DNA of 64,000 bases, from the NCBI GenBank assembly GCA_977017575.1, contig CDRNVI010000040.1, positions 186,001-250,000 of the forward strand, read 5' to 3'. The position numbers and the translations under genes are program-made. This DNA comes from Paramoeba atlantica. Taxonomy: Eukaryota > Protista > Discosea. Below are positions 10,288 to 21,982 of the stretch, one piece after another. Below the pieces are notes generated by a model, which made no database searches, was not told the DNA's origin, and saw only the letters and a program-made list of their open reading frames with translations. The first letter of the stretch is position 1. The number at the start of each line of letters is the position of its first letter.

Positions 10288-11799
10288 ATGCCCACCCACG
10301 CCGTTCTCTTCAGCGGCCAAGGCTCCCAACGCCACCGCATGGGCGCCTCCTTCCTCTCCCGCCTCCCCCCCAAAAGCCCCTTCGCCACCACCTGGCAATC
10401 CGCCCGGGACTTTCTCAAAGACCACTACCAACTCGACCTCAGCACCCTCGTCAACACCCCCACCCCCGCCCTCCACTGCCTCCACCCCGCCGGGGGCCCC
10501 CTCCGCAAGATCACCCACCCCCCCACCGCGCTCCACTTCTCCCCGTTCACCCAGGTCGCCCTGGTCGCCTACCACGCGGCCTGTTGGCAGCAGCTCCTCC
10601 ACCAGGGAGCCGTCGACCCGAGCACTACCTATCTCGCCGGCCACTCCCTCGGGGAGATCGCCTCGCTCTATGCCGCGAACGCACTCTCGCTCCCCCAGGC
10701 GCTATCCCTGGCCTACGAACGGGGATGGCTGATGGAGGAAACCGTCCCGCGAGACTCAAATGGGGAGACCCCGTTTCGGGTCTACGCGGTGAGCGCGGCC
10801 CGGTGTGGGCTCTCGGAGAGCACACTGCTGGGGCTCGTGGAGGGGCTGTCGAGGCCGCTGATGGAGGGGACGGGGGAGGTGCTGGAGGTGGTGGGGTATA
10901 ATGTGGCCCATCAGCAGTACCTGGTGGCGGGCACCGTGAAGGGGTTGGCGGTGCTGGGGAAGGTGCTGGATCCGAAGTGGAGGGAGGGGAGGGAGGGGGA
11001 GGAGGAGGGGGTGGGGGTGAGGGAGACGGTGGAGGCGGTGTTGGAGAGAGCACTGCGGGAGGTGGAGCAGGATGCGGTGGAGTTGCCACGGCTTCGGGCG
11101 GCGTATGAGCAAGCGAGGGAGCAGGAAAGGTACCAGCCGGGGAGTCCGAAAATGGCGAAACGAAAAAACAAGTTTTTTCATATGGGCGTTCCGGCGAATC
11201 CGTTCTTGGATAACGTGGGATTTATTGTGCCTCCGGAGATAATCGAGGCTACGTTAGGAAGAGAAGGGCTGGCACGGGATGGGTTGAAGAGGAGACCGTG
11301 GTTTAAGCCCCTGGAGGGGGCATACCTTCCTTTCCACAGTTCCGTGTTTAGAAGAGGCACCACTGCTTTTCAAGAGATTCTAGATAGATGCATGGATGAG
11401 TCAACGTGTGAGAAATCAAACTATTTACGTACCATTCCTAATATTATGGGAAAACCTATATCGTGTGACGATCAATTCGTCTCGGATTTATGTGAGTGCT
11501 TGCGTATGGCCAATGTTGGAGAGCAGTGGAACGCGGGAAGGGCTGGGTACCCACCAACTACGCTTCCCTCCCCTAGTAAAAAGGTTTCGGATCTTATTCG
11601 TACCACCTTATTGGCACAGTTTTCGTCCGCAGTTCAATGGAGTGACACAATAGATTTCTTATTGGACCCCAAGGCTGCCAACGTTCAGTCAATAATTGAA
11701 GTCTCGCCGAGCCCTGTACTAGCTCCTTTGGTCATGAAGCAGATAAAGGAAAAAGGGTGGAGAGACGTTCCTGTACGACAAGTGTCATTCACTGTCTAA
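10288..11799 (+). CDS. Malonyl-CoA:ACP transacylase (FabD/MAT)-like acyltransferase
   Basis: HAVLFSGQGSQ, FTQVAL, GHSLGE nucleophile motif, ERG..M, N..Q.LVAG, PFHS, V.W..TI, IIEVSPSPVL. Confidence 0.82.
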   Translation: MPTHAVLFSGQGSQRHRMGASFLSRLPPKSPFATTWQSARDFLKDHYQLDLSTLVNTPTPALHCLHPAGGPLRKITHPPTALHFSPFTQVALVAYHAACWQQLLHQGAVDPSTTYLAGHSLGEIASLYAANALSLPQALSLAYERGWLMEETVPRDSNGETPFRVYAVSAARCGLSESTLLGLVEGLSRPLMEGTGEVLEVVGYNVAHQQYLVAGTVKGLAVLGKVLDPKWREGREGEEEGVGVRETVEAVLERALREVEQDAVELPRLRAAYEQAREQERYQPGSPKMAKRKNKFFHMGVPANPFLDNVGFIVPPEIIEATLGREGLARDGLKRRPWFKPLEGAYLPFHSSVFRRGTTAFQEILDRCMDESTCEKSNYLRTIPNIMGKPISCDDQFVSDLCECLRMANVGEQWNAGRAGYPPTTLPSPSKKVSDLIRTTLLAQFSSAVQWSDTIDFLLDPKAANVQSIIEVSPSPVLAPLVMKQIKEKGWRDVPVRQVSFTV

Positions 11800-12126
11800 T
11801 AGTCTATTACATTAAGTTCTACTATAGAACAGTACCTGATCACAACATTCTTCCTTGTGATACAGGGTATACTTGCCAATGGTTCCTTACCTGCAATTCC
11901 GATACTGCCGCCGGCAGTGCATTCACAAGAGGCAATGCCCAAAAAAGAGAATATTTCCACATATGATTTTGATGTTTCGAATTAACAGAGGGAATAGTTG
12001 GCCTAGTTTGTATCGTAAAACATGCACCTTTCTAAAAATATGCTTCTGTTTTATTTCTCTTTAAATTGATTGGGGCTTTGAAGTTTACTAGTTGTTAAGT
12101 TCCTTACATTATTCCATTCTATCTAA

Positions 12127-15100
12127 ATGGCAAGTCGCACAGATTCCTCGGAAACAATGGAGGAAGCAACTGAGAGTGCCGTCAGAGTTCTGGTCCGTGT
12201 TAGACCCTTTCATGACCGAGAACTTTCTACAGGGTTTTCAGTTCCAGTCATTCGAATGCCAAGAACGTCATCAACGAATGTTATTGTCCTGGACCCCAAT
12301 TATGAGTTCCGACCGAGAGAAATGTTTACCTTTGATTCTTGCTTGTGGTCGATTCCAAATGTACCTCAAACAGACTTTATTTCTCAGGAAACCATGTATC
12401 GAATTGCCGGAGAACCCGCGCGGGACAACGTTTTGGCTGGGTATAACGCTTGTATACTCGCATACGGTCAGACAGGAAGTGGGAAAACCTACACAATGAT
12501 GGGAGACCCAGAAAACAGTGAAGAGCAGGGTATTATTCCACGTGTATTTACCGATCTTCAGCACGCTTGCTCCAAAACTCCAGGTATGCACCTACAATGT
12601 ACTTACCTAGAAATCTACAATGAACGCGTCATGGATTTACTCGAAAAAAGTGACCGCGAGTTGCGAGTGAGAAATGATCCTCTGACTGGCCCATTTGTAG
12701 AGGGACTAAGCATTCACGGTATTAAAACAAAGCACGACATACTTCACCTGCTTAGAGTTGGTAACGCAGAACGCCACACCGCATCAACAAAAATTAACGA
12801 ACGCAGCAGTCGTAGTCATGCAATACTTACTATTTTCCTATGCCGCGGGAAAGACGGCACTCGTTGCGCGTCGAAGCTACATCTCGTAGACTTGGCTGGG
12901 TCGGAACGAACCTACGTCTCTGGGGCCGAAGGCATTCAATTTAAAGAAGCTACAAAGATAAATTTGAGTTTAACCACACTGGGTCGCGTCATTGATGCTC
13001 TTGCTGATCAGTCATCGGGTAGATCTGCCCTCATTCCACCATATCGTGAATCTCTTTTGACTTGGATACTTTCCGACTCCTTCGGCGGAAACAGTAAGAC
13101 CTGCATGATAGCAGCTATTTCACCAGCCTCAATAAGCGTTGAGGAAACAACAAACACGTTACGCTACGCCTCCCGAGCAAGGGAAATAATTAACATGTGT
13201 GTGATTAACGAGGACCCGTACGAAAGACGCATCAAGGAATTGTTAGCCATTATTGAACGGCTACGTAGACAATTATCGGTTGTCCAAGCACAGTCAAAGG
13301 GTATTTCGACCCCTTGGAGACGAAACCGGGCCGATGAACTTTCTCGTGGATCTCCTGCACTCTCGCTGTCTGCCAGGTCAGAAAAGGCGTCTTACATAGA
13401 AAGCCCGAACTCATCTTTAGAGCCTGGTGCCCGACGTCTGCGATTCGAAACCCCGGAGGAGGACTCAGTGAGTGCTCGACACGGAAGCGACAAGAAACTT
13501 AATATTGAGCTTGAAGATCTCAGAAAAAGGTACCAAAATTTAGTACAGCTTTGCAATGAGGCCAAAAGAAAAGCCGATGACGAAAGGAAGGCGCGAGAGG
13601 CTATAACAAGGAAACTTCGAAATGAGATGAACGAAATTATTTCTGATACTTCCAGCACCGTGAGTGGTGCTACAATAAATCTTAAAAGTTCTAGACGAAT
13701 GCAAAAGCACACGAATATTTCATCACATGGAGTTGTTCAAAGTGAAAATATAGAAAATGCAAAAGAAAAGTACTATGCGCAAAATGTTGCACTTTCCAAA
13801 GAAAATGAGGAACTGAAGAAAAAGCAAGGATCGCTTACTGAAAAAATAGAAGAGCAAGAAGCCCAAATAGCACGGTTGCGCCGACAGGTAAACGATCTTG
13901 AGGATTACAAGAAGTCACATTCCACAATAGGATTTGAGCGAGCCGCTGAAATGGAGGCATCGTTGCGGGCGGTTGCACTTGAATATGGTACGAGCACGCG
14001 GTCGGCTATTGCAAACATGACGTCGGCATTTACAACCTCTCTCGCGCAGCATAGTAAGGCCGTTATTCAAAGGCATGTTGCCGATGCAACCAAAGATCTT
14101 CGCAGAAAATGGATTGAAGAATCTGCCAAGCTCAAAGGCAACACAAGGAACAGGGGTGAATCCGTTGAGTATGATTCCCAGACGGGGAACGGTTTGTCAG
14201 GTTCTAGTAATCCAATTATAATGATGAACGAAGAGCATGATACGCAAATAAGACGAATTCGAGAAGAAAACGAAGCGGCCCTTACCGAGCTACGTGTGGA
14301 GCTAACTAGAGAATGTACAATGTTGGAAGATAAAGTATCTTCTCTTGAAGAAAAGACAGGCACCATGGAAAAGAACGAAGACAATTCTCATTTGCAAAGA
14401 CTTAGTGCTTGTGTTTCGGAAGAGCATCAAAACAGGGAAAGGGTATTTCGAGAATTTGTGGACGAAAGATACGCTATATCGACTGGTATGCTTTGTGAAT
14501 ATTCCGCACATTTCATAAAGCTTCAAGGACTTTCCAATGGTTATCAGGAGGAAATGAACCGCGCTAATGAACAAATGGAAACAATGGGTCACAAAATTAA
14601 TGTTGAGAAATCTTCTCTGCAAGTTGAGTCGAAGAACATGAGAGATGCAACTTCAGCAATTTTAAATGAGCAGGCTGTGGCCATGAGCAAAAAGTATCAA
14701 CTGTTTGAACAAACTATTTTTCCGTCTTTTGGAGTCGTACGAGAGCACGACTTCCTTCTTATCGACAACCTGAAACAAAGGGAGATAATGTCTACGGAAA
14801 CCGAAAAGAGGCTACGGGAAAAACTTGCGGACAACCACATCAAGAATGCCAATCTAGAAGCAGCACTCAATAGGAATCTTAATGATTTCATATCGTTCGA
14901 CCAACGCTGCGTGAAACCATTTTTGAATGATTTGGAATCTGAGAATGAAGCGGAGCTAGCTGCTATACAGATCAAATTTGATGGAATTATTGACCAGAAT
15001 TCTCTCTTTTTGCAACGAAAAGTTGATATGTTTAAGCAACGGTATAAGCTACAATATGCAGCTTACGAAGGACTTCACCAATCGCTCTGCAATTCGTACC

Positions 15101-16710
15101 GGACATTATTCTCGCAGTATCAGGAACGCACTGAGAAGATGTTTAAAGATAGTGTTATCCAAGACATCTCTAATCTACGGGCTTTGGAATCAGATTCCAG
15201 AAAGGATTTGCATTCCTTCGAGGAATATTGTCGACAGATTATTGAGACGAGCACCAGTATGGCAAGTAAGATAGTAGTCTCTACGGTGGATCGGTATAAT
15301 GAGCGATTACATGGAATACGCGACGATTATGAAACACGGCTGAAAGAAGCGGAAATTAGTATGCATGAACTAGAGAGAGACAAAGAGAGTCAACTCGAAG
15401 GCATGCTGAAACGGATGGGAAAAGTATCTGAAGAGAAACGTCAATGCGAAGTTCTCTATTCCTTCCTTGTAGATGAAGCAAAGGAACGTCGTCGTTTAGA
15501 GGCCCTGTATTTGGATGAATATTTCCGAATAGTGCATCATGAACTCGAACAACACGAAGTTGTTAGTTTGTATGACAGTAATATGTTAAATAGGCATGAT
15601 TGCCAAGAATTCCTATCAGGCCAGAAGCTGATTCTTTATAATTCCAGCGCAGAGATTTGTTTGCAGCGCGGAGAACTAGAAAATGCTTTTAAACAGGCTA
15701 GTGAAGCAACTCGTAATGAAAATCTTTTTAAGCTTGAAGAACAGCGTACGAATCTTAATGATCATTTTGAAGCAGATAAGAAACGCTCACTCGATGATTT
15801 TAGCGCTTCTGAGAAAAAGTGGCAATCACTTTTGATGGGGGCAGAAGGTCGTGCGCAGAGTTCTGAAGAGTATTCTAAAAAACTTGTTGTTTATATTGAA
15901 GAGTCCCAGGTATTAAACGAGGAGCACACATTCGAAATTCAACGCATGCAAGGTCAAGAGCAAGATGAAAGACTTGTTGCGCATTATCAATACGCACTTG
16001 AACGTGGAAGTATAGTGCAAGAATGCGATAGAATTTTACTAAAACTCAAAGTCCAAGAATATGAAACTCGTATTACACAAATGACGCGAGGATACGCTGC
16101 TGAGATGGATGCTTTAGGATCTCAGCATGCGCGCCAAAAGCAAAAAATTCAGAATATTGCAGAGCGTCGATTAGAGACATTAGCTTCCCTTCAAGAAACA
16201 ACTCCCCGATATTTGGAACTGTTTTCGGCAACTTTCCTTGCGTGGAATTCAGCGGTAGAAAACACTTGGATACAAAGCTTTAATATTTCGACACAAACAT
16301 GGAACATGCGTATGTCATCAACACATTCAGAAAAAGTGGATTATCTCAGGAAACTACACAGCAAAAAACTGGAAGAAATCGAAGCGCAGTCTTCGAAGAA
16401 CCTACAGGACGTGCGAAAAATCGACAAGAGCCATTTTCTAAATCGCTTTGCTTTGGAAACCGAGGAGCATCAGGAACGCTACAAATCTGTCGATGAATTT
16501 AGCAACAAGCTAATGGGTATTTATATTACATTTCATAACGTGGTTTTCAATGAGTTTAAACAACAGGTAGGAATGAGCCGCATGATTGAGTTTGCACTTA
16601 ACTCAGAAATGGATAAACGAAGTAAGCTTGAAGTGGAGAACCAGAAACTTCAGGGTGCGGTCGAGATGTACAAGTTGCTTCGCTTAGAGTCTGAACTTGA
16701 AACTGCGTGA
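12127..16710 (+). CDS. Kinesin with N-terminal motor (kinesin-3-like) and long coiled coil
   Basis: GQTGSGKT P-loop, LEIYNE, SSRSHA, DLAGSE, INLSLTTLG, IPPYRES; about 1100 aa of helical tail. Confidence 0.95.
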   Translation: MASRTDSSETMEEATESAVRVLVRVRPFHDRELSTGFSVPVIRMPRTSSTNVIVLDPNYEFRPREMFTFDSCLWSIPNVPQTDFISQETMYRIAGEPARDNVLAGYNACILAYGQTGSGKTYTMMGDPENSEEQGIIPRVFTDLQHACSKTPGMHLQCTYLEIYNERVMDLLEKSDRELRVRNDPLTGPFVEGLSIHGIKTKHDILHLLRVGNAERHTASTKINERSSRSHAILTIFLCRGKDGTRCASKLHLVDLAGSERTYVSGAEGIQFKEATKINLSLTTLGRVIDALADQSSGRSALIPPYRESLLTWILSDSFGGNSKTCMIAAISPASISVEETTNTLRYASRAREIINMCVINEDPYERRIKELLAIIERLRRQLSVVQAQSKGISTPWRRNRADELSRGSPALSLSARSEKASYIESPNSSLEPGARRLRFETPEEDSVSARHGSDKKLNIELEDLRKRYQNLVQLCNEAKRKADDERKAREAITRKLRNEMNEIISDTSSTVSGATINLKSSRRMQKHTNISSHGVVQSENIENAKEKYYAQNVALSKENEELKKKQGSLTEKIEEQEAQIARLRRQVNDLEDYKKSHSTIGFERAAEMEASLRAVALEYGTSTRSAIANMTSAFTTSLAQHSKAVIQRHVADATKDLRRKWIEESAKLKGNTRNRGESVEYDSQTGNGLSGSSNPIIMMNEEHDTQIRRIREENEAALTELRVELTRECTMLEDKVSSLEEKTGTMEKNEDNSHLQRLSACVSEEHQNRERVFREFVDERYAISTGMLCEYSAHFIKLQGLSNGYQEEMNRANEQMETMGHKINVEKSSLQVESKNMRDATSAILNEQAVAMSKKYQLFEQTIFPSFGVVREHDFLLIDNLKQREIMSTETEKRLREKLADNHIKNANLEAALNRNLNDFISFDQRCVKPFLNDLESENEAELAAIQIKFDGIIDQNSLFLQRKVDMFKQRYKLQYAAYEGLHQSLCNSYRTLFSQYQERTEKMFKDSVIQDISNLRALESDSRKDLHSFEEYCRQIIETSTSMASKIVVSTVDRYNERLHGIRDDYETRLKEAEISMHELERDKESQLEGMLKRMGKVSEEKRQCEVLYSFLVDEAKERRRLEALYLDEYFRIVHHELEQHEVVSLYDSNMLNRHDCQEFLSGQKLILYNSSAEICLQRGELENAFKQASEATRNENLFKLEEQRTNLNDHFEADKKRSLDDFSASEKKWQSLLMGAEGRAQSSEEYSKKLVVYIEESQVLNEEHTFEIQRMQGQEQDERLVAHYQYALERGSIVQECDRILLKLKVQEYETRITQMTRGYAAEMDALGSQHARQKQKIQNIAERRLETLASLQETTPRYLELFSATFLAWNSAVENTWIQSFNISTQTWNMRMSSTHSEKVDYLRKLHSKKLEEIEAQSSKNLQDVRKIDKSHFLNRFALETEEHQERYKSVDEFSNKLMGIYITFHNVVFNEFKQQVGMSRMIEFALNSEMDKRSKLEVENQKLQGAVEMYKLLRLESELETA

Positions 16711-16856
16711 GGGAGCATACCGTTTAAGTGCCTAGATTGCCTGGTCACATTCCTGCGCTCATATTTTTAAGATGCGCAGCTTTCATAAAATGTGCAAATT
16801 TCTAGTACTAACTTTTAGTCTACGAAAGTCGCTTATAGTATTATAATTTTTCAAAT

Positions 16857-17423
16857 TCTTTTTTAGGCTCTTCGTTAAACGCGGTGGTTGTTTTCAACTT
16901 AGAAGTCACTCATGCTGTGCGCTTCGCATTGAAAACTACCGCCGCGTTTAACGAAGAGCCTAAAAAAGAAAAATCTCCAAAAGATCATGAATAATCCATT
17001 TTTTTGGGGGAAAAAGCTCGATTTTTCGACAAAAATTGCGAAATTTTACACCATTTTTGGGCCGTTTTGGATGCCTTACCAGTAGGAGAAGGAGTCGAAT
17101 CTGTCGACAAAAACGTCGTAGAATGGTAGCTGAGGTCCAAAACTCTCCAAATACGGTTTAGGAGTCGATTTTGGAAAAATAATATTTTTACTTTTTGGGT
17201 CAAACGTTTTTTTTTTGGTACCCCAAAAATTTCGGAGTTTTTGACCTTGTCGGACCCCTTCCGCGCGTACCAGAGGGGGGTACGCCCAGGTGTGGGGGGG
17301 TGGAAATTCATCGCCGCGGCTTACTCTACCACTTCCCCGCGCTCGATTTCGAAAATCAAGATTTTGAAACGACGTATGCCCCCTGGACCCCCCCTGGACC
17401 CCCCCCCCCCATGGACCCCCCAT
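16857..17423 (+). mobile_element. Hairpin-capped repeat (family H), left part, interrupted by retroelement A
   Basis: 113-bp palindrome 16857-16969 followed by about 450 bp aligning with 54360-54735 and, inverted, with 34750-34975. Confidence 0.7.
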
Positions 17424-17425
17424 CT

Positions 17426-17459
17426 TTAACGATAAAGATACAGTTTCTGTACCTTGTTG
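17426..17459 (+). other. Spliced-leader exon-like sequence (34 nt, first 3 nt absent)
   Basis: TTAACGATAAAGATACAGTTTCTGTACCTTGTTG, identical to 23092-23125; contains the kinetoplastid SL core ACAGTTTCTGTAC; not followed by GT. Confidence 0.8.
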
Positions 17460-19362
17460 AATCCTTTTTCTTTTCTCTACCTCTACTCTTCTCTCCCCCC
17501 GATACATGCCCACGACACGACGTCGACGAGGCTACCGGGGGCGCAAGGATTCACCCGGTGGGCCCGATTCCCCACCTACCTCGACCTCAGGGGGACGCTC
17601 TACCACCCCTCTCAGGCGAGGTTCTAGCCCCCACTTCTCCACCGAGACTGTGGGGCTACACCAGCTCTCTATCGAGGAGCTGAAGAAGGCGAGGCCGGAC
17701 CTTGAAGTCCGTGCAAAGACCCCTTTCAAGTCCCGCGCGTGCGACTTCTGTGGCCTCCCTTTTGTGCCCGCCAGGCGGGATATGTGCTTTTGTGATGCGT
17801 GCATTTCCCTTCGAGCGCAGCACAGAAAAGACCTTCGCGCGCGTGCGAAGACGCAAACCCCCGGGATCCCTCCTCCCCTCTCTGCTTCTTCTCCTAGGTC
17901 CTCTCGACACCGGTCGGTAACCCGAAGACCCCCGCGCTCCATCTCTCCTCGGAGCCGCTCCCGGAACAGCGATGGCCCGCCACCCGGTGAGCGGTCGTTA
18001 TCCCTACCCACAATGGCACAGCAGTTCAAATCCATGGACGCTGTCCGCCTCAAGCTCCTTCCTGCCCGAACCGGCTCAAATCGCTTTTCCGCGGAGACAG
18101 GAAGATGCGCAGTCACCTTATGGCTGGCTGTGACCCTAAGCGCCGAACACGACGTAACATCAATGATGGAGAAAGAGGCCCGTGAACGTCGGGCCCTTAC
18201 ACTCGAAGCCGTTTGGACGCTGCACGACACCCACAAGTCCATCGAGGAGCGTATCTATCTCATTAATGAAGGGTGTCTGGTTGGCTCCGAATGCGGCATC
18301 GCACTCTTCAGCCGCACATTGTTGCCCTCCAGGCGCATCGCATCAAGGTGCACGGGCCGAAACGCCTAAGGGTTGCGTCACGGGCCCTGCTTCGGGAACA
18401 CGCCCCGGAAGCCCTCAGGAACAAGGCCGATCGCTTCTCCTCCTTCATGGCTCTATATGAGGAGTTCTGCACGATGGAGGCCCACCTCCAAAGGGCACAG
18501 GCGAGTGCGATGGCTGGCGACCCACCCTGGCCCCAGCCCACCTTTCGTTCTCCCCCTCTTCCCACACCTTTCCCTGGGATAGCGACGAAGCTAATCCCCT
18601 CGCAGGCTACACCTGCACCGCCAACCAATCCCCAGGTCGACTCTGTTTCAGAACCCTTCAAGATCCTGCTTGATCTTGGGCCGGAGTGAGCCGGATATGC
18701 CACTATCCCCTGCCCCCCGGACTCCTCTTTCCAAGCTTTCCTCGGCACAGTGGGGAACACTTTAGGGGTCCCTGGGGAAAATCTCCTCCTCAAAGACAGT
18801 GCTGGCGAAACCACCCCTATCACAGATCGGGAGGGCCTAGATCGCGCTCAACGAGTAGCGGTCAGCCTGTCCCTACCTCCGTACAACCCCCGTAACAACG
18901 AGGAGGCCGTTATTCGGGTGTACGATGGATCCATGCACGGGTTCATCAACGCCCCCGGACTGCAGGCAGCCCACCACATCCCGGCCGGTCTGAGTGAGAT
19001 TCTCGGTATTCCCCCAGTGCTGACTGGAGCTTGGAAACCTCGTGAATACGAGGAGGGCGTGCTATGGTGTTTCCTCCCTACAGAAACCCTAGTCAGCGAA
19101 ACGGGATGGACCACCCGGGTTGTCAAATGCAATCTACGCAGGGGATGCATCGAGGCAAACCCTGGCCCCAGACACAAGAACCGAGGGTCGCTGGCCTCAT
19201 CCGCGCCCCAGCCCCGGCAGGCACCGAGCGAGACTCCGAGTGCCCTCCTCCAGGAGCCCGACACCTCTTCCCCCAGCAGGGAAGGAACTATCATGGATGG
19301 AATCGCGGCTGTGACTTCTCCGCAACACCCTCCTCTCCATGCATCTTCCTCCCATGCTCCTA
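17426..19362 (+). mobile_element. Retroelement A: 5' part of an SL-headed non-LTR element (decayed, lacks RT)
   Basis: SL, pyrimidine-rich UTR, ATG 17506, CDFC-x11-CDAC finger, frameshift-split C2H2 finger, in-frame TGA at 18687, Ubl-like region, CNLRRGCIEANPGP; colinear protein similarity to 23166-24860; abrupt switch to AT-rich DNA near 19362. Confidence 0.78.
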
Positions 19363-19658
19363 ATAAAAGAATTGATCATTCGACGGAGCTATTACGGTGC
19401 ATTTCAACAAAAGACCAAATTTTTTCTTTCCTTCTGTTATTTTCCTACGGTGTATGATGCATCTCACCGATCATTCAAATTTTGCATGAACGAGAAATAT
19501 AGAAATAGAAATAGAAAAAACGTTCGCAAGGGGGAAAACAAGACCAGCGTTAAGAACTCAAGGAAAAAACCCAAACAAACTTCTTTAGAAATGTACTGTA
19601 GATATCAAATGGGTATAAAAGAGAACCAAGTTTTGATGTAAACGGCGTTACAGGTTAA

Positions 19659-20098
19659 CATGCCAGGGGGGCATGTTATGGTGCTACAGGCATGTTATGG
19701 TGTTACAGGCATGTTAAATTTCTGAACCTCCGTTTGAAAAAATAAGGAAAGCAATCGACACAAAAATTCTACATGAAAAAGGTCGGAGAACTCTACTATC
19801 AGGAGCTCAACACCTTCATCAGCAGCTTCGTCTTCCTCATCATCATCCTCTTCTTCTTCTTCCTGCTTGTCTTCCTCTTCCTCACCCTCCTCCTCTTCTT
19901 CAGAGAATTCTTCTTCACAGGATTCCTCACGAGTATGACCCTGATTCGACAATGAAAAATGAACACATTATAAAAAAAATACAGATTAAAGAAACGAGAG
20001 GAAAATATAGTGTATTAAAAAAAGGCTCGGCTTCGCCGAGAAAATCAGAAGGGGAGGGCATGTTATAAGGGTATGTTACATGCCGGGGGGGGGGCATG
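19659..20098. mobile_element. TTAA-flanked 440-bp MITE-like unit with GGCATGTTA repeats
   Basis: TTAA at 19655 and 20099, palindromic CATGCC..GGCATG ends, five or more GGCATGTTA-like motifs; encloses an acidic low-complexity stretch. Confidence 0.4.
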
Positions 20099-20299
20099 TT
20101 AACGTGATATAGGCATTTTAACCCGTGCTCTCGTTTATAAGAAAATGCTTTACTGAATTCGCACACATCAGAAATGTGTCATAAATATTCATTCAACAAT
20201 CGCATCGATTTGAGAATCCAATCGCTTAATATTGCAGTACACCGCCATCTTTTCCGGAGATATACTGCCTTGTCGACTACTGTACTTATGTGACATTAC

Positions 20300-21070
20300 T
20301 GAATCGCATTACTGGAATCGCAATCAGTGACTATGGGTCGAACCCAAAGGTAGCATCTTACAGCACGATGAACAGCATTGTTCATTGAGGCAAAGTCGCT
20401 TTCGCCCAAAATACCCAAACGCCGATATAGCTCGTCAATCTTTTTGGGCACCATTGAACGCACCATGCTTTTCATGATACATGGGCGGCAGTACCCAGTG
20501 GTGAGGACCTACGTATAGCACCGCTACCATAATGTGTTCCCCGAGAACCTGATCGGTGCCTCCGTCTAAAGCAATTCCAAACAACTCGTAGCTGTCGACC
20601 AGCTCATGAATTTGGCGCCATAATTTCGCTTCCAAGACGGCCATGTCGATTTCCAAAGTACCTACTTCTTTTGGCATGGTCCGCAGAATGTCACCTCTCG
20701 GGCGCATTGTACGGCCATCGTTGTCCAATCTGTTGCGCGAAGTGCAGGGCGACCGATAGAGGAATATTGGTGGATGCAGCGATGGTAGGAAAATCAGTGT
20801 GCCAAAATTCGTATAGTGTCTTCTCCTCCTGCACTAACGCCACAGATTGTTTCGAAATTCCATATGATTTAGGTGGCGGTTGTATGTCAATTCACAAAGA
20901 GAATGAAAAATTTCGGAGCAGCGCTTGCAACGTAGATGAATAAAGTGGTTCATTTGATCCAGCAGAGCAAGATCATCGCACATATTGCGTTTTTCCGATG
21001 AAAGACATGCAATGGCTGCCGTACAAACTTCATCAACGAAATTTTCCTTGATCGAATGAAGTCTGGGCAA
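20300..21070 (-). pseudogene. Degraded hAT-like transposase
   Basis: CKRC..RHLNH BED-like finger, NIPLSV..F..P.R..L region and FGIALDGGTD first-Asp motif, split by a stop and frameshifts. Confidence 0.5.
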
Positions 21071-21604
21071 GGCGGGCCCTCTCCTCTTCCGCTTCGAAGT
21101 TCGACGGGGGGGTCACGAGAGATTTCATCGAGAGAAGTTTGACTTGGAGCCTCTGCCCTACGCTCTGCGAGAGTAGTAGCCGCTTCTCGACGGGCACTAG
21201 CAGTGGCTAAGTTGTAAATAAGAGCAGCAGTATATTGCGAGTGCACAAACACTCGGTGTTTGTGGACCACATTTCGGTAACTTCGGTACGTAAAATTTCT
21301 TTCCTTGCAACAGATTCTTCAATTTCTATTTGAGAAAACAGAACATGCCGACATAAAGCGTTAGCTCGGAGTACGAGTTCAGACATTTGAAGAGAGAGCA
21401 CATGCTTTTCACCATGAGTTTCAACGTACGCCCTCACTCGTTCGTTCCGTCGACAAAGTTCTCGTTGAGATAGTTGACCTGATATTGACAAGTATTGGGT
21501 AACCAAACTGCGCGGCTCGGAATACTTTTCTTTGCCCTTCTTGCGTGGCATAAAACAATAGGACTTTGGTTGATTGTATAAAATTACCGCAGAAACACTT
21601 ATTA

Positions 21605-21982
21605 CTGTACCCCCCCCCTACTTATCTGTCACTACTTTTCGCGAAAAGGTGACAGATAACTAGGGCGGTAGGGGTGTGACAGATAACTAGGCGGATCAGT
21701 GTGCGACAGATAACTAGGGAGGGGGTCTGTCACAAAAAAAAGTCAGAACATGGAATTACAGAAACGGTTTATAATAGCACCACGCACGACTTTTGCTTGA
21801 AATACAAAAAAAAAGAATGTAAGTTTCATTTCATGACCTTTTTTGGAAAAAAGTATTTTACCTATTTTTAAAAAGCGACAGATAACTAGGGGGGGCAGTC
21901 GACCAAAAAAAAATCGAAGTGTCAAAAAGTGACAGATAACTAGGGGGGGTGATGTGTGACAGATAATTAGGGGGGGGTACAG
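21605..21982. mobile_element. TA-flanked MITE (Tc1/mariner-type ends), 378 bp
   Basis: About 28-bp TIR CTGTACCCCCCCC.TA.TTATCTGTCAC, TA on both sides, internal GACAGATAACTAGG repeats. Confidence 0.8.

Noticed and set aside
19695-19952. Acidic 85-aa ORF as a gene
   Set aside because: Low-complexity E/D tract inside a MITE-like unit; at most a captured fragment
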